Shown here piece after piece: positions 1 to 7,797 of a stretch of 32,000 nucleotides of DNA; positions within the stretch are counted from its first letter, which is position 1; the number at the start of each line of letters is the position of its first letter. This DNA is from Candidatus Saccharimonadota bacterium (GTDB taxonomy: Bacteria; Patescibacteriota; Gracilibacteria; UBA1369; 2-02-FULL-48-14): assembly GCA_016699145.1 (NCBI GenBank), contig CP064962.1:1170001-1202000 (forward strand), given 5' to 3'. The position numbers were made by a program, and so were the translations under genes. The notes below the pieces were generated by a model that searched no databases, had not been told where the DNA came from, and saw only the letters and a program-made list of their open reading frames with translations.

Positions 1-453
1 CATGAAATCACGGTGGTGAAGCTATATGAAGGGGCAGAAGGATTTAAAAAAATGCTAGAGGAAAGCTTAGGGGCTAAAAGTGAAATCATTGTTTTTAGTA
101 ATACAGCTATTTTTTCCGAAATGCTTGGGGAAGAGGACTACGAAAATTATTTTTCCAAAAAAGCAATACGAGACATTCCTTCTCGGATTATTTATGCAGC
201 CTGTCCTTTCGCAAAAAAACTCGACGCAAAAAAAGAAGAATACAAAATTGATTTAAGACTCTTACCACAGAATCGCAGCTCTGAAGCTGGTTTTTATGTA
301 TGGGATAACACTGTTGCCATTGAATCCCTAAAAGAAAATAAAATCAGCTGCACGGTCATCGAAAATAAAGACATTGCTCAATTTTTCCGTGACAACATCT
401 TCAACCACTTTTGGAAGGAGGCAAAAACCACAAACGTCGACTACCAGTCCTAG
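1..453 (+). CDS. 3' part of a gene running off the left edge; possibly the C-terminal domain of a TrmB-like transcriptional regulator
   Basis: The frame is open from nt 1, with no stop before the listed Met at 13. Stop at 451-453. VKLYEGAEGFKKMLEESL...FYVWDNTVAIESL resembles the non-HTH half of TrmB-type regulators. Family call is from memory only. Confidence 0.45.
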   Translation, partial: HEITVVKLYEGAEGFKKMLEESLGAKSEIIVFSNTAIFSEMLGEEDYENYFSKKAIRDIPSRIIYAACPFAKKLDAKKEEYKIDLRLLPQNRSSEAGFYVWDNTVAIESLKENKISCTVIENKDIAQFFRDNIFNHFWKEAKTTNVDYQS

Positions 454-469
454 GTCTCGACTGAACACC

Positions 470-1078
470 TCACAAAGCCCCAATGATTTGGCAGCTTACA
501 GAAAGCGCTTGTGCAAGCGCAGCATCCTTTTTTTCAAACGCAAAAAAGGCAGCTTCCAAGGCCGGCAACTGAGCTTTAAGCCATTTCACTATTGCTGCCT
601 GTTGTTCAGGGGTGAATTCCTTTTTCCAATAATATGAACCCCACACAAAATCAGTCAATTTTTGTAATTTCAAAGGAGTCCACTCCTGTGCCCAGGGTTG
701 CAGTAAAAGTTTCAAATCCTCCACCTTCTTTACGATTGCATAAAATTGCCAATCATCAAAAAAAGGATCTTCCTCCAGACTTGCCCGATTCCACGCCACT
801 AAAAAGTTTTGGATTGCGGCCTGCTCTTTTTCAGGCCAAGTTTTCCACTGCGCATAATCCAACTTTCCAAGCACAATAAAGGCATCCGCGCCCAAGGCCC
901 CTGTCGCCATTTTTTCAAACAACATGGGCAAGTGATGCTTGAAATCCGCCACACCACCCCATGTCGTCATGGCTTTGTACGCAAAACGATCCCACTCCTC
1001 TTGAATATCCAGCCCCTTCGGGTAAGCAGAAAACACTTCATAAAGGTCTTGAATGGCTGTTTTTAAATAAGATGTCAT
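470..1078 (-). CDS. hypothetical protein (202 aa from the internal ATG)
   Basis: ORF 470..1120. The ATG at 1078-1076 overlaps the TGA stop (1077-1075) of the upstream gene as ATGA, which favours this start (MTSYLKTAIQDLYEVF...). I recognise no motif. Confidence 0.6.
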   Translation of the reverse strand: MTSYLKTAIQDLYEVFSAYPKGLDIQEEWDRFAYKAMTTWGGVADFKHHLPMLFEKMATGALGADAFIVLGKLDYAQWKTWPEKEQAAIQNFLVAWNRASLEEDPFFDDWQFYAIVKKVEDLKLLLQPWAQEWTPLKLQKLTDFVWGSYYWKKEFTPEQQAAIVKWLKAQLPALEAAFFAFEKKDAALAQALSVSCQIIGAL

Positions 1079-1473
1079 CGAAAACGAAGGTAAGGACCCG
1101 CTTTGCCCGCCTCCATCCAAGAGGCAAGGGTGTACACGGCTTCTTCAGGCTGCTGCCCCAATTCAAAAAGCGTATCGCTACTGCTGCCACTGATCAAAGC
1201 CAAACGTCCTTCCTGCAAAAAGGGGAGGTAAGCAGAGGCATCGGCATGCACTTTTTGATGAACTTCTTCCTTAAAAGTAGGATTCCATGCCACTTCCATT
1301 TGAAGCTGAGCCCTGGAAAACAGCGTTTTTTGCATTTGCTCAAGCCGATCCGGATGAACGAAATTAAGAGTTTCAATCTTATTTTTATCGAAAATATTCA
1401 AGCCCAAAAAATACCAATGGCCCTGAACTCCCAGGAGTACATGGGTGGACGTGAAATGAGCTACATTTTCCAT
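1075..1473 (-). CDS. hypothetical protein (132 aa)
   Basis: ORF 1075..1473. GGAG lies 8 nt upstream of the ATG (minus strand ...ttagattGGAGtcATG). Translationally coupled to 470..1078. No recognisable motif. Confidence 0.6.
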   Translation of the reverse strand: MENVAHFTSTHVLLGVQGHWYFLGLNIFDKNKIETLNFVHPDRLEQMQKTLFSRAQLQMEVAWNPTFKEEVHQKVHADASAYLPFLQEGRLALISGSSSDTLFELGQQPEEAVYTLASWMEAGKAGPYLRFR

Positions 1474-1509
1474 GACTCCAATCTAACAAAAAAAGAAAGA
1501 GAAAGCCAT

Positions 1510-1538
1510 TTGCAAAACTTTGCAAAGTCTGCTATAAT
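1510..1538 (+). promoter_or_regulatory. near-consensus sigma-70-type promoter with extended -10
   Basis: TTGCAA (1510-1515), exactly 17 nt, then TATAAT (1533-1538), preceded by TGc (1530-1532). It points into a 400-nt stretch with no convincing ORF. TTGCAA is its own reverse complement, so the strand is set only by the -10 box. Confidence 0.35.
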
Positions 1539-1672
1539 AACACGATGTTCATTGAAAAACCGCCTGGGTCTAAACACCCAACCCCGCTTGAAACTTAGCG
1601 TCAACCGGGTCGCAAAGATTGCTGACGTTGCCTCCTCACCGAGGGACGCCCACGCCTTCTTTGTTGCCCAAT

Positions 1673-1928
1673 GCGCCCTAAGTTTCATAGCCATAGTAAG
1701 CCTGCTTCTTTATCACTTCCCAAAGTATTTAGGGGCACTATCACCTCATCTTTCCAACGGGATTTTGTCTGGAGAGAAAAAGGATCAGACAGATTGTTAC
1801 TATGAGAGTCCCGGTCTCGAAAGAGATCTCCTGTTCCCTCGTAGAAACTGGAAATACGCTTCGTGAGAAACCTTTTCCACCTTAAACCCTTATCTGATGC
1901 TGAAATGACTATGAGACAATTAGGGCGC
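1673..1928 (+). other. 256-bp element bounded by 18/20-nt inverted repeats: candidate structured RNA or MITE-like element
   Basis: GCGCCCTAAGTTTCATAG (1673-1690) pairs with CTATGAGACAATTAGGGCGC (1909-1928): 18 bp including one G-U, plus a 2-nt AA bulge. A T9 run follows directly at 1929-1937. Internal hairpins: GGTCTC-GAAA-GAGATC (1813-1828, GNRA loop) and TTTGTCTG/CAGACAGA (1764-1771 / 1786-1793). Confidence 0.3.
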
Positions 1929-1941
1929 TTTTTTTTTGTGT

Positions 1942-2871
1942 CTAAGCGGCAGGAGCGCTTTTAATGTATCGGTGGGACTTCCAATAAAAGAATCCGACCA
2001 CCGTAAAAGTCACTGCAGGGGAAAACCATTCGGGAATATGCAGTCCAAAAGCATGGCCAATCATCACGGCACCGAGCACCAAAACAGAGTACATGGCTCC
2101 ATTTTTAATGTACAAATAGCGTTTGATGCGTTCCACATTGCCCACGGTGATTTGACGCACCACAATGGCTCCCAGCCCGTTTCCGAGCAAAATCAAGGGC
2201 ACCGACAGCGTGAAGGCAAAAGCCCCTAAAACTCCATCAATAGAGAAGGTTGCATCAATCACCTCCAAATACATGATCTTGCTGAGGTCAGAAAGCCCGC
2301 CTTTATTGCTCAGCATTTGAGCCTCTGCCTTTTCGGCATTTTCTTTGAACCCATGCGTAATGAAGAACGCTGTAGACCCGATCACTGCTCCAAAAGCCAT
2401 CAGCGGATTGACTTGTAAAGCGTACCAAACCAGCATACTGAGCAAAATCGAAACCACCGCATAAAACCAAACACCTTGAGCATAGAAGAATTGTTCCCCT
2501 TTAAGTCCATAATTTTTCTTTTCCAAAAAGAGCCAATGAAAAAACAAAAAGACCAAAAAAGTTCCTCCTCCTGCCATAAGGATGGGGGCGGAGCGCTCAA
2601 TGGCGTCAATAACGGCAGGGTCGCTGCTGAAAGTCGCGGTCAAAGAGCCGCAGAAACCGAGTGAACGGACGGTGGCCCACACAATCACCCAAGGTAAAAG
2701 TCCGCGAACCATGAAAACGGCGATCAAAATGCCCCAAAACAAAAACCAACGCCTGCCTTTAGGAGACATGGTGTGAAGCACCTCGGCATTGATGATGGCA
2801 TTGTCGATGCTGCTGATGGTCTCAAACAGGCAAAGCCCGGCGACGGTGAGAAAAATACTGAACCAATCCAT
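1942..2871 (-). CDS. TerC/DUF475-family integral membrane protein
   Basis: 309-aa ORF that is hydrophobic throughout. The N-terminal MDWFSIFLTVAGLCLFETISSIDNAIINAEVL matches the SxDNA-type first-helix signature of TerC-superfamily proteins. Confidence 0.7.
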   Translation of the reverse strand: MDWFSIFLTVAGLCLFETISSIDNAIINAEVLHTMSPKGRRWFLFWGILIAVFMVRGLLPWVIVWATVRSLGFCGSLTATFSSDPAVIDAIERSAPILMAGGGTFLVFLFFHWLFLEKKNYGLKGEQFFYAQGVWFYAVVSILLSMLVWYALQVNPLMAFGAVIGSTAFFITHGFKENAEKAEAQMLSNKGGLSDLSKIMYLEVIDATFSIDGVLGAFAFTLSVPLILLGNGLGAIVVRQITVGNVERIKRYLYIKNGAMYSVLVLGAVMIGHAFGLHIPEWFSPAVTFTVVGFFYWKSHRYIKSAPAA

Positions 2872-2970
2872 GCGGGTATCCTAGCGAAAAGAAACGAGCA
2901 AGGAAAGTGCATTGGAGCGAGCCCCTAACCCTCTCTAAAAGAATGGATTTTTAAGGCGATTTATGCTAGA

Positions 2971-5241
2971 ATGACAAGATTGAAAAGGCCCAAAATGCGT
3001 TCACAAGAACAAAAAGAAAAAATCAAAAAAGTATTGCTGCTTGCACCTCTCTTTGTTTTGTATTGCTTCGGAAGTGCCCTAACCGGCATCATCGGCAGAG
3101 TGCTTTTTGTGGAACATTTAGGCACCGAATATTTGCCTCACACCTACGTGATGGGGGCAATTTTAGGGTCCCTTTTAACTCTTTGGATTTCTGAAAAAAT
3201 GAAGAAAATAAGCCTGGCAAAACTCCTGCTCAGGCTTTCCATTTTTGGAGCCGTGATGTTTTTTGGAAACTACCTGTGGATGAGCCATGAAAAGACCTGG
3301 TCTTACACTTTTTTCCTCGTGGTCAGCAATGCCTTCTACCTCATTTTAGCAGGAACCGCTTTGTGGCGCGTGGCAGGGACTTTGAACACTTTATTCGAGT
3401 CCAAAAGCACTTTTTTATATTACTCTTTGGCTGCCAGCGCTGGAGGGGTTTTAGCCGGATTCATTTCCAACACTTTCGAAGAAAAAGTCGGAGTGGCTCA
3501 ACTCATTGTGTGGGTCTGCATAAGCCTTTTGATAGCAGCCTTCAATTTATTTTGGATTGAACACCGCTACAGCAAGCAATTTGAGCCCGATTCTGAAGTA
3601 AAACAAGTGTCAAAATGGGAGTCCATAAAAGATGAATTCAACGATTTCAAAAAAACACGTCTGGCCAAATTGCTCCTCTTGATTTTGACCATTTTCAACG
3701 TGGTTTGGTGGATCAGCGATTTTGAGTTTCAAAAAATAGTGGGAGAAACGCTTTCTGAAGCTGAGTACTCGCACTTTTTAGGACTCCTCAGCATGGTGAA
3801 CAGCGTCACTCTTTTGGTGGCCCTCATCATTCAAGATAAAATTTTAAAAAAAGCGGGAGTGCTCAACACACTGCTCATGTCTCCAAGCCTGGTTTTACCA
3901 ACATTCGTAGCGCTCTTTTTGTTGCCCATTCCCTCCATGGCCTTTTTGGCAGCAGGCATGACTTCTCTTGTAGGCTATTCTATTTTCACCAGTTCCAGCA
4001 TCTCGGCTTACACCGCTTTACCTCATGCCATTCGCAGCAGAGTGGCCACTTTCATCAGCGGCAATTCCGATTCGCTCGCCATGCTCTTGGCCGGTACGGG
4101 GCTCGTTGTGCTCAATGAATGGGTGAGCAATGCTTGGATCATAGGCTTGGCTTGTGCGCTGCTGTTCATCAATGTGCTGCTCATTCTGCACACAAAAAAA
4201 ATCTACCTTCAACAAGTGCTACTCAATTTGGGCAGCACCAACAAAATAGACGTGCATGGAGCCATTGAAAATTTGGCGGAAGAAACTTACAGAGAGGTGG
4301 GCGTGCAAGAAATGATGAAACTGATTTCATGGAGAAACTTAGACCCCGAAACGCTTAGAAAAATGGTTTTTGCCTTGGGCAAAATGGGCAATGTGAAAGT
4401 CATCCCCAGTCTTTTGGATTTATTTAAAAATCACGATGCCGGCATTCAATATTCCATTGTGGAGACCATTCATTCCTTTGAACATTTGAATAAGAAATTA
4501 AAACATTTGCCATTCACGCGTTTGAACCTCATTGAAACTTATGAAAAAATCTTTTTGGAAGAAGAAGACACCGAGCTCAAAATTCTTATTTTGGAACGCT
4601 TGGGTGACTTTGATGCCGACAATGTGATCACTTTTTTACGCAACGCTGTCAGCGACAAAAACGAAGCCGTCAGCACCAAAGCCTTGGCTGCAATGAGGTA
4701 TTTTCATGACCGCGGCATCATTCCCTATGTGAGGCCTTATTTGGAAAATGAAAAACCAACCACTCAAGCGGCAGCCGTCATTTCTTTATGGCAATTCCCC
4801 GAGCTCAAACCTTTGCTCATGAAGTCCTTCATACAAATCATGGCAGGCACAAGTCGAGATCATATTTTAGCGTCTTTAAACATGATCGGGGCTTTGCAAT
4901 TTGCTTGGGAAAAAAGCTATGCGCAAAAACAAATTTCAAATGAAGATTCCGAAATTCGGCAAGTCGCTATTTTGACGCTTTTGCAATTGGAAGACGAAGG
5001 CCCCATTCCCGTCTTGCTTGCGGCTCTCATTGAGAAAAAAACAGAAAGTTTATTCTATGCCAGAGCCTTGAAAAAAATCCCAATTCGCATGCGAAAAATC
5101 CTTTTCCGTGAAGTGGAAAAAGCAGGTGAAACGGCGGTGAAAAATTGCATCGATACGCTCAAAGCCACTTATTTGGATTTCACCAAAGAAATCGAAATTT
5201 TGAGCAATGCAAGCACTGGAGTGAATTTTTCACACACCTAG
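2971..5241 (+). CDS. multi-pass transporter (MFS / nucleotide-transporter-like N-half) fused to a C-terminal HEAT/ARM-repeat domain
   Basis: 756-aa ORF. Residues ~20-410 form about 11-12 hydrophobic spans. Residues ~430-740 are soluble with repeated HEAT-like units (KVIPSLLDLFKNHDAGIQYSIVETI; ITFLRNAVSDKNEAVSTKALAAMRYF; IIPYVRPYLENEKPTTQAAAVISLWQF; EDSEIRQVAILTLLQLEDEGPIPVLLAAL). The start could instead be Met9 (2995). Confidence 0.75.
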   Translation: MTRLKRPKMRSQEQKEKIKKVLLLAPLFVLYCFGSALTGIIGRVLFVEHLGTEYLPHTYVMGAILGSLLTLWISEKMKKISLAKLLLRLSIFGAVMFFGNYLWMSHEKTWSYTFFLVVSNAFYLILAGTALWRVAGTLNTLFESKSTFLYYSLAASAGGVLAGFISNTFEEKVGVAQLIVWVCISLLIAAFNLFWIEHRYSKQFEPDSEVKQVSKWESIKDEFNDFKKTRLAKLLLLILTIFNVVWWISDFEFQKIVGETLSEAEYSHFLGLLSMVNSVTLLVALIIQDKILKKAGVLNTLLMSPSLVLPTFVALFLLPIPSMAFLAAGMTSLVGYSIFTSSSISAYTALPHAIRSRVATFISGNSDSLAMLLAGTGLVVLNEWVSNAWIIGLACALLFINVLLILHTKKIYLQQVLLNLGSTNKIDVHGAIENLAEETYREVGVQEMMKLISWRNLDPETLRKMVFALGKMGNVKVIPSLLDLFKNHDAGIQYSIVETIHSFEHLNKKLKHLPFTRLNLIETYEKIFLEEEDTELKILILERLGDFDADNVITFLRNAVSDKNEAVSTKALAAMRYFHDRGIIPYVRPYLENEKPTTQAAAVISLWQFPELKPLLMKSFIQIMAGTSRDHILASLNMIGALQFAWEKSYAQKQISNEDSEIRQVAILTLLQLEDEGPIPVLLAALIEKKTESLFYARALKKIPIRMRKILFREVEKAGETAVKNCIDTLKATYLDFTKEIEILSNASTGVNFSHT

Positions 5242-5256
5242 AGGCCTCTAGAGCTT

Positions 5257-5928
5257 TCAGCGTTTTGCCCACAAAAATCCCATGCGTTTATCGTATTTGG
5301 AAGGGATTTTTTTGACACCGAAACCTTGCCTCTCAAAAAGAGTTTGTAAACGCTTTACTTGCATGGAAGGGCCATACTCGTGATATTCCAAAAAAACCGT
5401 TTCAAGCTTATCAAAAAGTGCAACGGGGGCCGTTTCAAAAATCTGAAATTCAGCGCCTTCGATGTCCATTTTAAGCACCTCCACTTTTTTGAATTTATTC
5501 ACAATTTTCTCCAGTGTTGTGGCACTCACTTTTTTTTGCCGACAAGTGCCCGGAGCCACCACTATGGAATGATTGTGAGAATCTTCACTCACATTTAAAA
5601 ACAAAGTTCCTTCGTGCTCTGCCACGGCCGCATTTTTAGCCACTACCCCGTGGATTTTATTCATAGCCAGATGTTTTTTAAGGGCCGAAAAATTCGCTTC
5701 CTCCGGTTCGTAAGCCCACAATGGGACCTCAGCATTGAGAGCTCGCACATAAAGTGTGAAGTAGCCCTTGTGCGCACCAATATCCAGTACTACCGTTTTT
5801 GCTGTTTTGAGTGCCGGCTCAATCCAAGCGTATTCTCTCAGCGAAAAAACTTCGGCCAACACCGATTCATCCGCGTCAGATGAAACTTCCACCTGAAATT
5901 TCTGCTTCAAAAAAGAAATAGAGCGCAT
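5257..5928 (-). CDS. FkbM-family SAM-dependent methyltransferase
   Basis: VVLDIGAHKGYFTLY (SAM-binding glycine-rich loop) and VEVLKMDIEGAEFQIF (the FkbM-type MDIEGAE motif). I chose the ATG at 5928, 1 nt after the upstream stop. The longer ORF start at 5952 overlaps the upstream gene. Confidence 0.8.
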   Translation of the reverse strand: MRSISFLKQKFQVEVSSDADESVLAEVFSLREYAWIEPALKTAKTVVLDIGAHKGYFTLYVRALNAEVPLWAYEPEEANFSALKKHLAMNKIHGVVAKNAAVAEHEGTLFLNVSEDSHNHSIVVAPGTCRQKKVSATTLEKIVNKFKKVEVLKMDIEGAEFQIFETAPVALFDKLETVFLEYHEYGPSMQVKRLQTLFERQGFGVKKIPSKYDKRMGFLWAKR

Positions 5929-5929
5929 T

Positions 5930-6343
5930 TTAGGAAGAGAAAATCCATGCAAAAAGCTCCAATAGGACTAAGCAAGTGCCCGCAAAAAGAGCGAAAACCA
6001 CGGCTATTGCCAAGCTGAGCAGGGGCATCAAAAGCAATCCCAAGCCAAAACTCAAATAAAAATAGGGATCTTTAAAAGGCAAAACTCGCTCCGCACGTTT
6101 TTGAAAAAGGACAAGGGCGAAAACACTCAATGCATAGACCAAAAACCACAAACACCACACCTTAAAAGAAGCCGGAAGGTAGGCTAAATACAAGGTTAAA
6201 ACAGGGTGAGAAGTCAAAGTCCTCGCTTGGTCAAAGCCCAGCAGCCAACCCGTGTCTGAAACGAAACTGGGTAGCATTAGGAAAGCATCCGCCAAAACAT
6301 GAGGAAGAAAATAAAGATTTCGATTGGAACGCATAAGACGCAT
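5930..6343 (-). CDS. hypothetical integral membrane protein (137 aa)
   Basis: ORF with 3-4 hydrophobic spans. It directly abuts the FkbM gene on the same strand, so the two likely form an operon. Confidence 0.5.
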   Translation of the reverse strand: MRLMRSNRNLYFLPHVLADAFLMLPSFVSDTGWLLGFDQARTLTSHPVLTLYLAYLPASFKVWCLWFLVYALSVFALVLFQKRAERVLPFKDPYFYLSFGLGLLLMPLLSLAIAVVFALFAGTCLVLLELFAWIFSS

Positions 6344-6435
6344 AAAATATAATACAAACTGCGATAGTAAACACTCTACGCTTGCACCAAGCTAAAAGAA
6401 AGTATAACCTGAGCACAACCTTAAAACTGACTCTC

Positions 6436-6921
6436 ATGAACGCCCTCAAAAAATTCTTCGCTAAAATCAAATTGTTCTTTGGAATAGGAACGGTAAAAGT
6501 GCTTTTAGAAGCTCCAGAAACCTTCTCCGCCGGAGACAAATCCATTGAAGGAACAGTGACAATCATCGGGAAAAGTGATCAAAAAATCACTAAAATCACA
6601 GTCAAAATGATTGAGGATTACGTTAAGAATGCAAAAAACGGTCAAGCACAAAAAAAGCGTTTCACTTTGGGCGAAATAAACGTAGGCAAAGCGTTTGAAA
6701 TCAAACAAGGGGAAGAAAAGAAAATCGATTTCAAACTCCCTTTTGAAATGGTGAAGTCCACGAATGACCAATTGAAAGACAAGGGGGGAGCGCTGGGAGC
6801 TCTGGGCGGTTTAGGTTCAATGTTGGATCAAGAAAAATCCGAGTACAAGCTACAAGCCATTGCCGATGTAGAAGCGGCAAGCATAGATCCCATGGCAGAA
6901 GTCTGGATCCAAAAGAAATAG
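6436..6921 (+). CDS. Spo0M-like (arrestin-fold) protein
   Basis: From the internal ATG: MNALKKFFAKIKLFFGIGTVKVLLEAPETFSAGDKSIEGTVTIIGKSDQKITKITVKM. This has the N-terminal layout of SpoOM family proteins (short basic start, GIG..KVD-type strand, then a G..I.G.V.I.G segment). Confidence 0.65.
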   Translation: MNALKKFFAKIKLFFGIGTVKVLLEAPETFSAGDKSIEGTVTIIGKSDQKITKITVKMIEDYVKNAKNGQAQKKRFTLGEINVGKAFEIKQGEEKKIDFKLPFEMVKSTNDQLKDKGGALGALGGLGSMLDQEKSEYKLQAIADVEAASIDPMAEVWIQKK

Positions 6922-6922
6922 T

Positions 6923-7366
6923 TCACTTGAGTTTCTCAATCAAGTCATTAGCTCGAGCGCGCAGTTTCGGATTCGAATGAACAGCTTCACAAAGGAGACT
7001 GTTCATTAAAGTTTCCCGCAAACTGCCATTGAGGGTAAAAAAAGCAAGCTCCTTGGTGATCTCTTTAGGAATGGGGCCTCCTTGCCCTTCCAGTCTATCC
7101 AAAAGAGCTTCGTAATACTCCATATGGCCTTCCCCTAAATGCATAGCGGTGAGGAATTCCCCAGGATGAGTGGCTCTTTTCAGCATCAAAACCGCCGCTT
7201 CCAAAACAAGGTGGCCATTTTCTTTTGAACCAGGGTAATCCCTATAGTGGTCCGCCGGCGCCCACTGCCCCGGGTTGTCCACAGACCAGCTTCGGGCACG
7301 GGCAGACATACTAGAGACCAGTTCCTCCATGGAGTCATAAGTGTTATTCCAGATTTTGATGAGCAT
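6923..7366 (-). CDS. hypothetical cytoplasmic protein (147 aa), co-transcribed with the hydrolase
   Basis: The ATG at 7366-7364 lies 2 nt after the TAA stop (7371-7369) of the upstream hydrolase segment. No signal peptide and no recognisable motif. Confidence 0.6.
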   Translation of the reverse strand: MLIKIWNNTYDSMEELVSSMSARARSWSVDNPGQWAPADHYRDYPGSKENGHLVLEAAVLMLKRATHPGEFLTAMHLGEGHMEYYEALLDRLEGQGGPIPKEITKELAFFTLNGSLRETLMNSLLCEAVHSNPKLRARANDLIEKLK

Positions 7367-7368
7367 GG

Positions 7369-7797
7369 TTAAGGGTTACATTGGTCCCAAATATCTCCAC
7401 GGATGGTTCCTTCCATGCACTTTTGGCGTGCCTCATCAATTGCATGTCCGCTCTGATCCCAGTGAACAGTATAGTTATGATGGGCCGACTCAATTGTCTC
7501 GATAGTCCGATTGTACCATCTGGAGTTCTTTGTATCCTTTTCACCATAGCATAAAGTGATGAGAGGCGAGCTAGGGCTTTTAGGAGCTATATCAGTAAAT
7601 CTATATGCTGAACTCACAACGAGGGAATCCACAAGAGATGAACCCATTGCAGCCAACGGCACATGTCCACCCATGGAGTGACCTAAAAGAATAAGCTTCT
7701 TAGCTGCTAACTCTGGGATAAGTTTAGTCAAAGCCGCTTCATAATAGCGGTAACTATCTTTGTAAGCTGCATCTCCCCCCCAAAACCACCTCCACAT
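7369..7797 (-). CDS. alpha/beta hydrolase (lipase/esterase-like), C-terminal segment of a frameshifted gene
   Basis: Contains the nucleophile elbow LILLGHSMGGH, then YGEKD and QSGHA in Ser-Asp-His order. Its frame only joins the upstream segment if the G7 tract (plus-strand C7, 7775-7781) gains one base. Confidence 0.7.
   Translation of the reverse strand: MWRWFWGGDAAYKDSYRYYEAALTKLIPELAAKKLILLGHSMGGHVPLAAMGSSLVDSLVVSSAYRFTDIAPKSPSSPLITLCYGEKDTKNSRWYNRTIETIESAHHNYTVHWDQSGHAIDEARQKCMEGTIRGDIWDQCNP

Noticed and set aside
961-1866. 301-aa plus-strand ORF, one of the longer unexplained ORFs in the track
   Set aside because: It runs antisense to two better-supported coupled genes (470..1078, 1075..1473) and then into non-coding sequence. 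The translation is low-complexity and Arg/Lys/Ser/Leu-biased, typical of a shadow frame, and there is no promoter or RBS context.
1855-1930. TPP (thi-box)-like string: GUGAGAAACC...ACCCUUAUCUGAUGCUG...UAGGG
   Set aside because: The match to CUGAGA...ACCUGAUCUGGAUAAUGCCAGCGUAGGGA is only partial. The P4/P5 helix cannot be drawn, the GGGGUGC partner is ~130 nt away, and no gene lies downstream on that strand.
1474-1941. RNase P RNA, tmRNA, SRP RNA or 6S RNA in the non-coding gap
   Set aside because: The invariant cores are absent on both strands: GAGGAAAGUCC and ACAGAA for RNase P, GGGG...UCCACCA tRNA-like ends and a tag ORF for tmRNA, the GNAR loop plus AGCA symmetric loop for SRP. GAGAGUCCCGG and AUAAGGGUUUAAGGUGG are only superficial look-alikes and fall in the wrong order.
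2872-2970. Possible yybP-ykoY (Mn2+) riboswitch upstream of the TerC-family gene
   Set aside because: TerC genes often carry this riboswitch. The 99-nt leader, read on the minus strand, shows neither the conserved GGGGAGUAG-type core nor the paired four-way junction. The region is shared with the divergent promoter of 2971..5241.
5238-5251. Perfect 14-bp palindrome CTAGAGGCCTCTAG between the convergent transporter and FkbM genes, as a bidirectional terminator
   Set aside because: It has no loop and no flanking T/A tracts, and it overlaps the TAG stop of 2971..5241. This is too weak to call; it may simply be a chance palindrome or restriction-type site.
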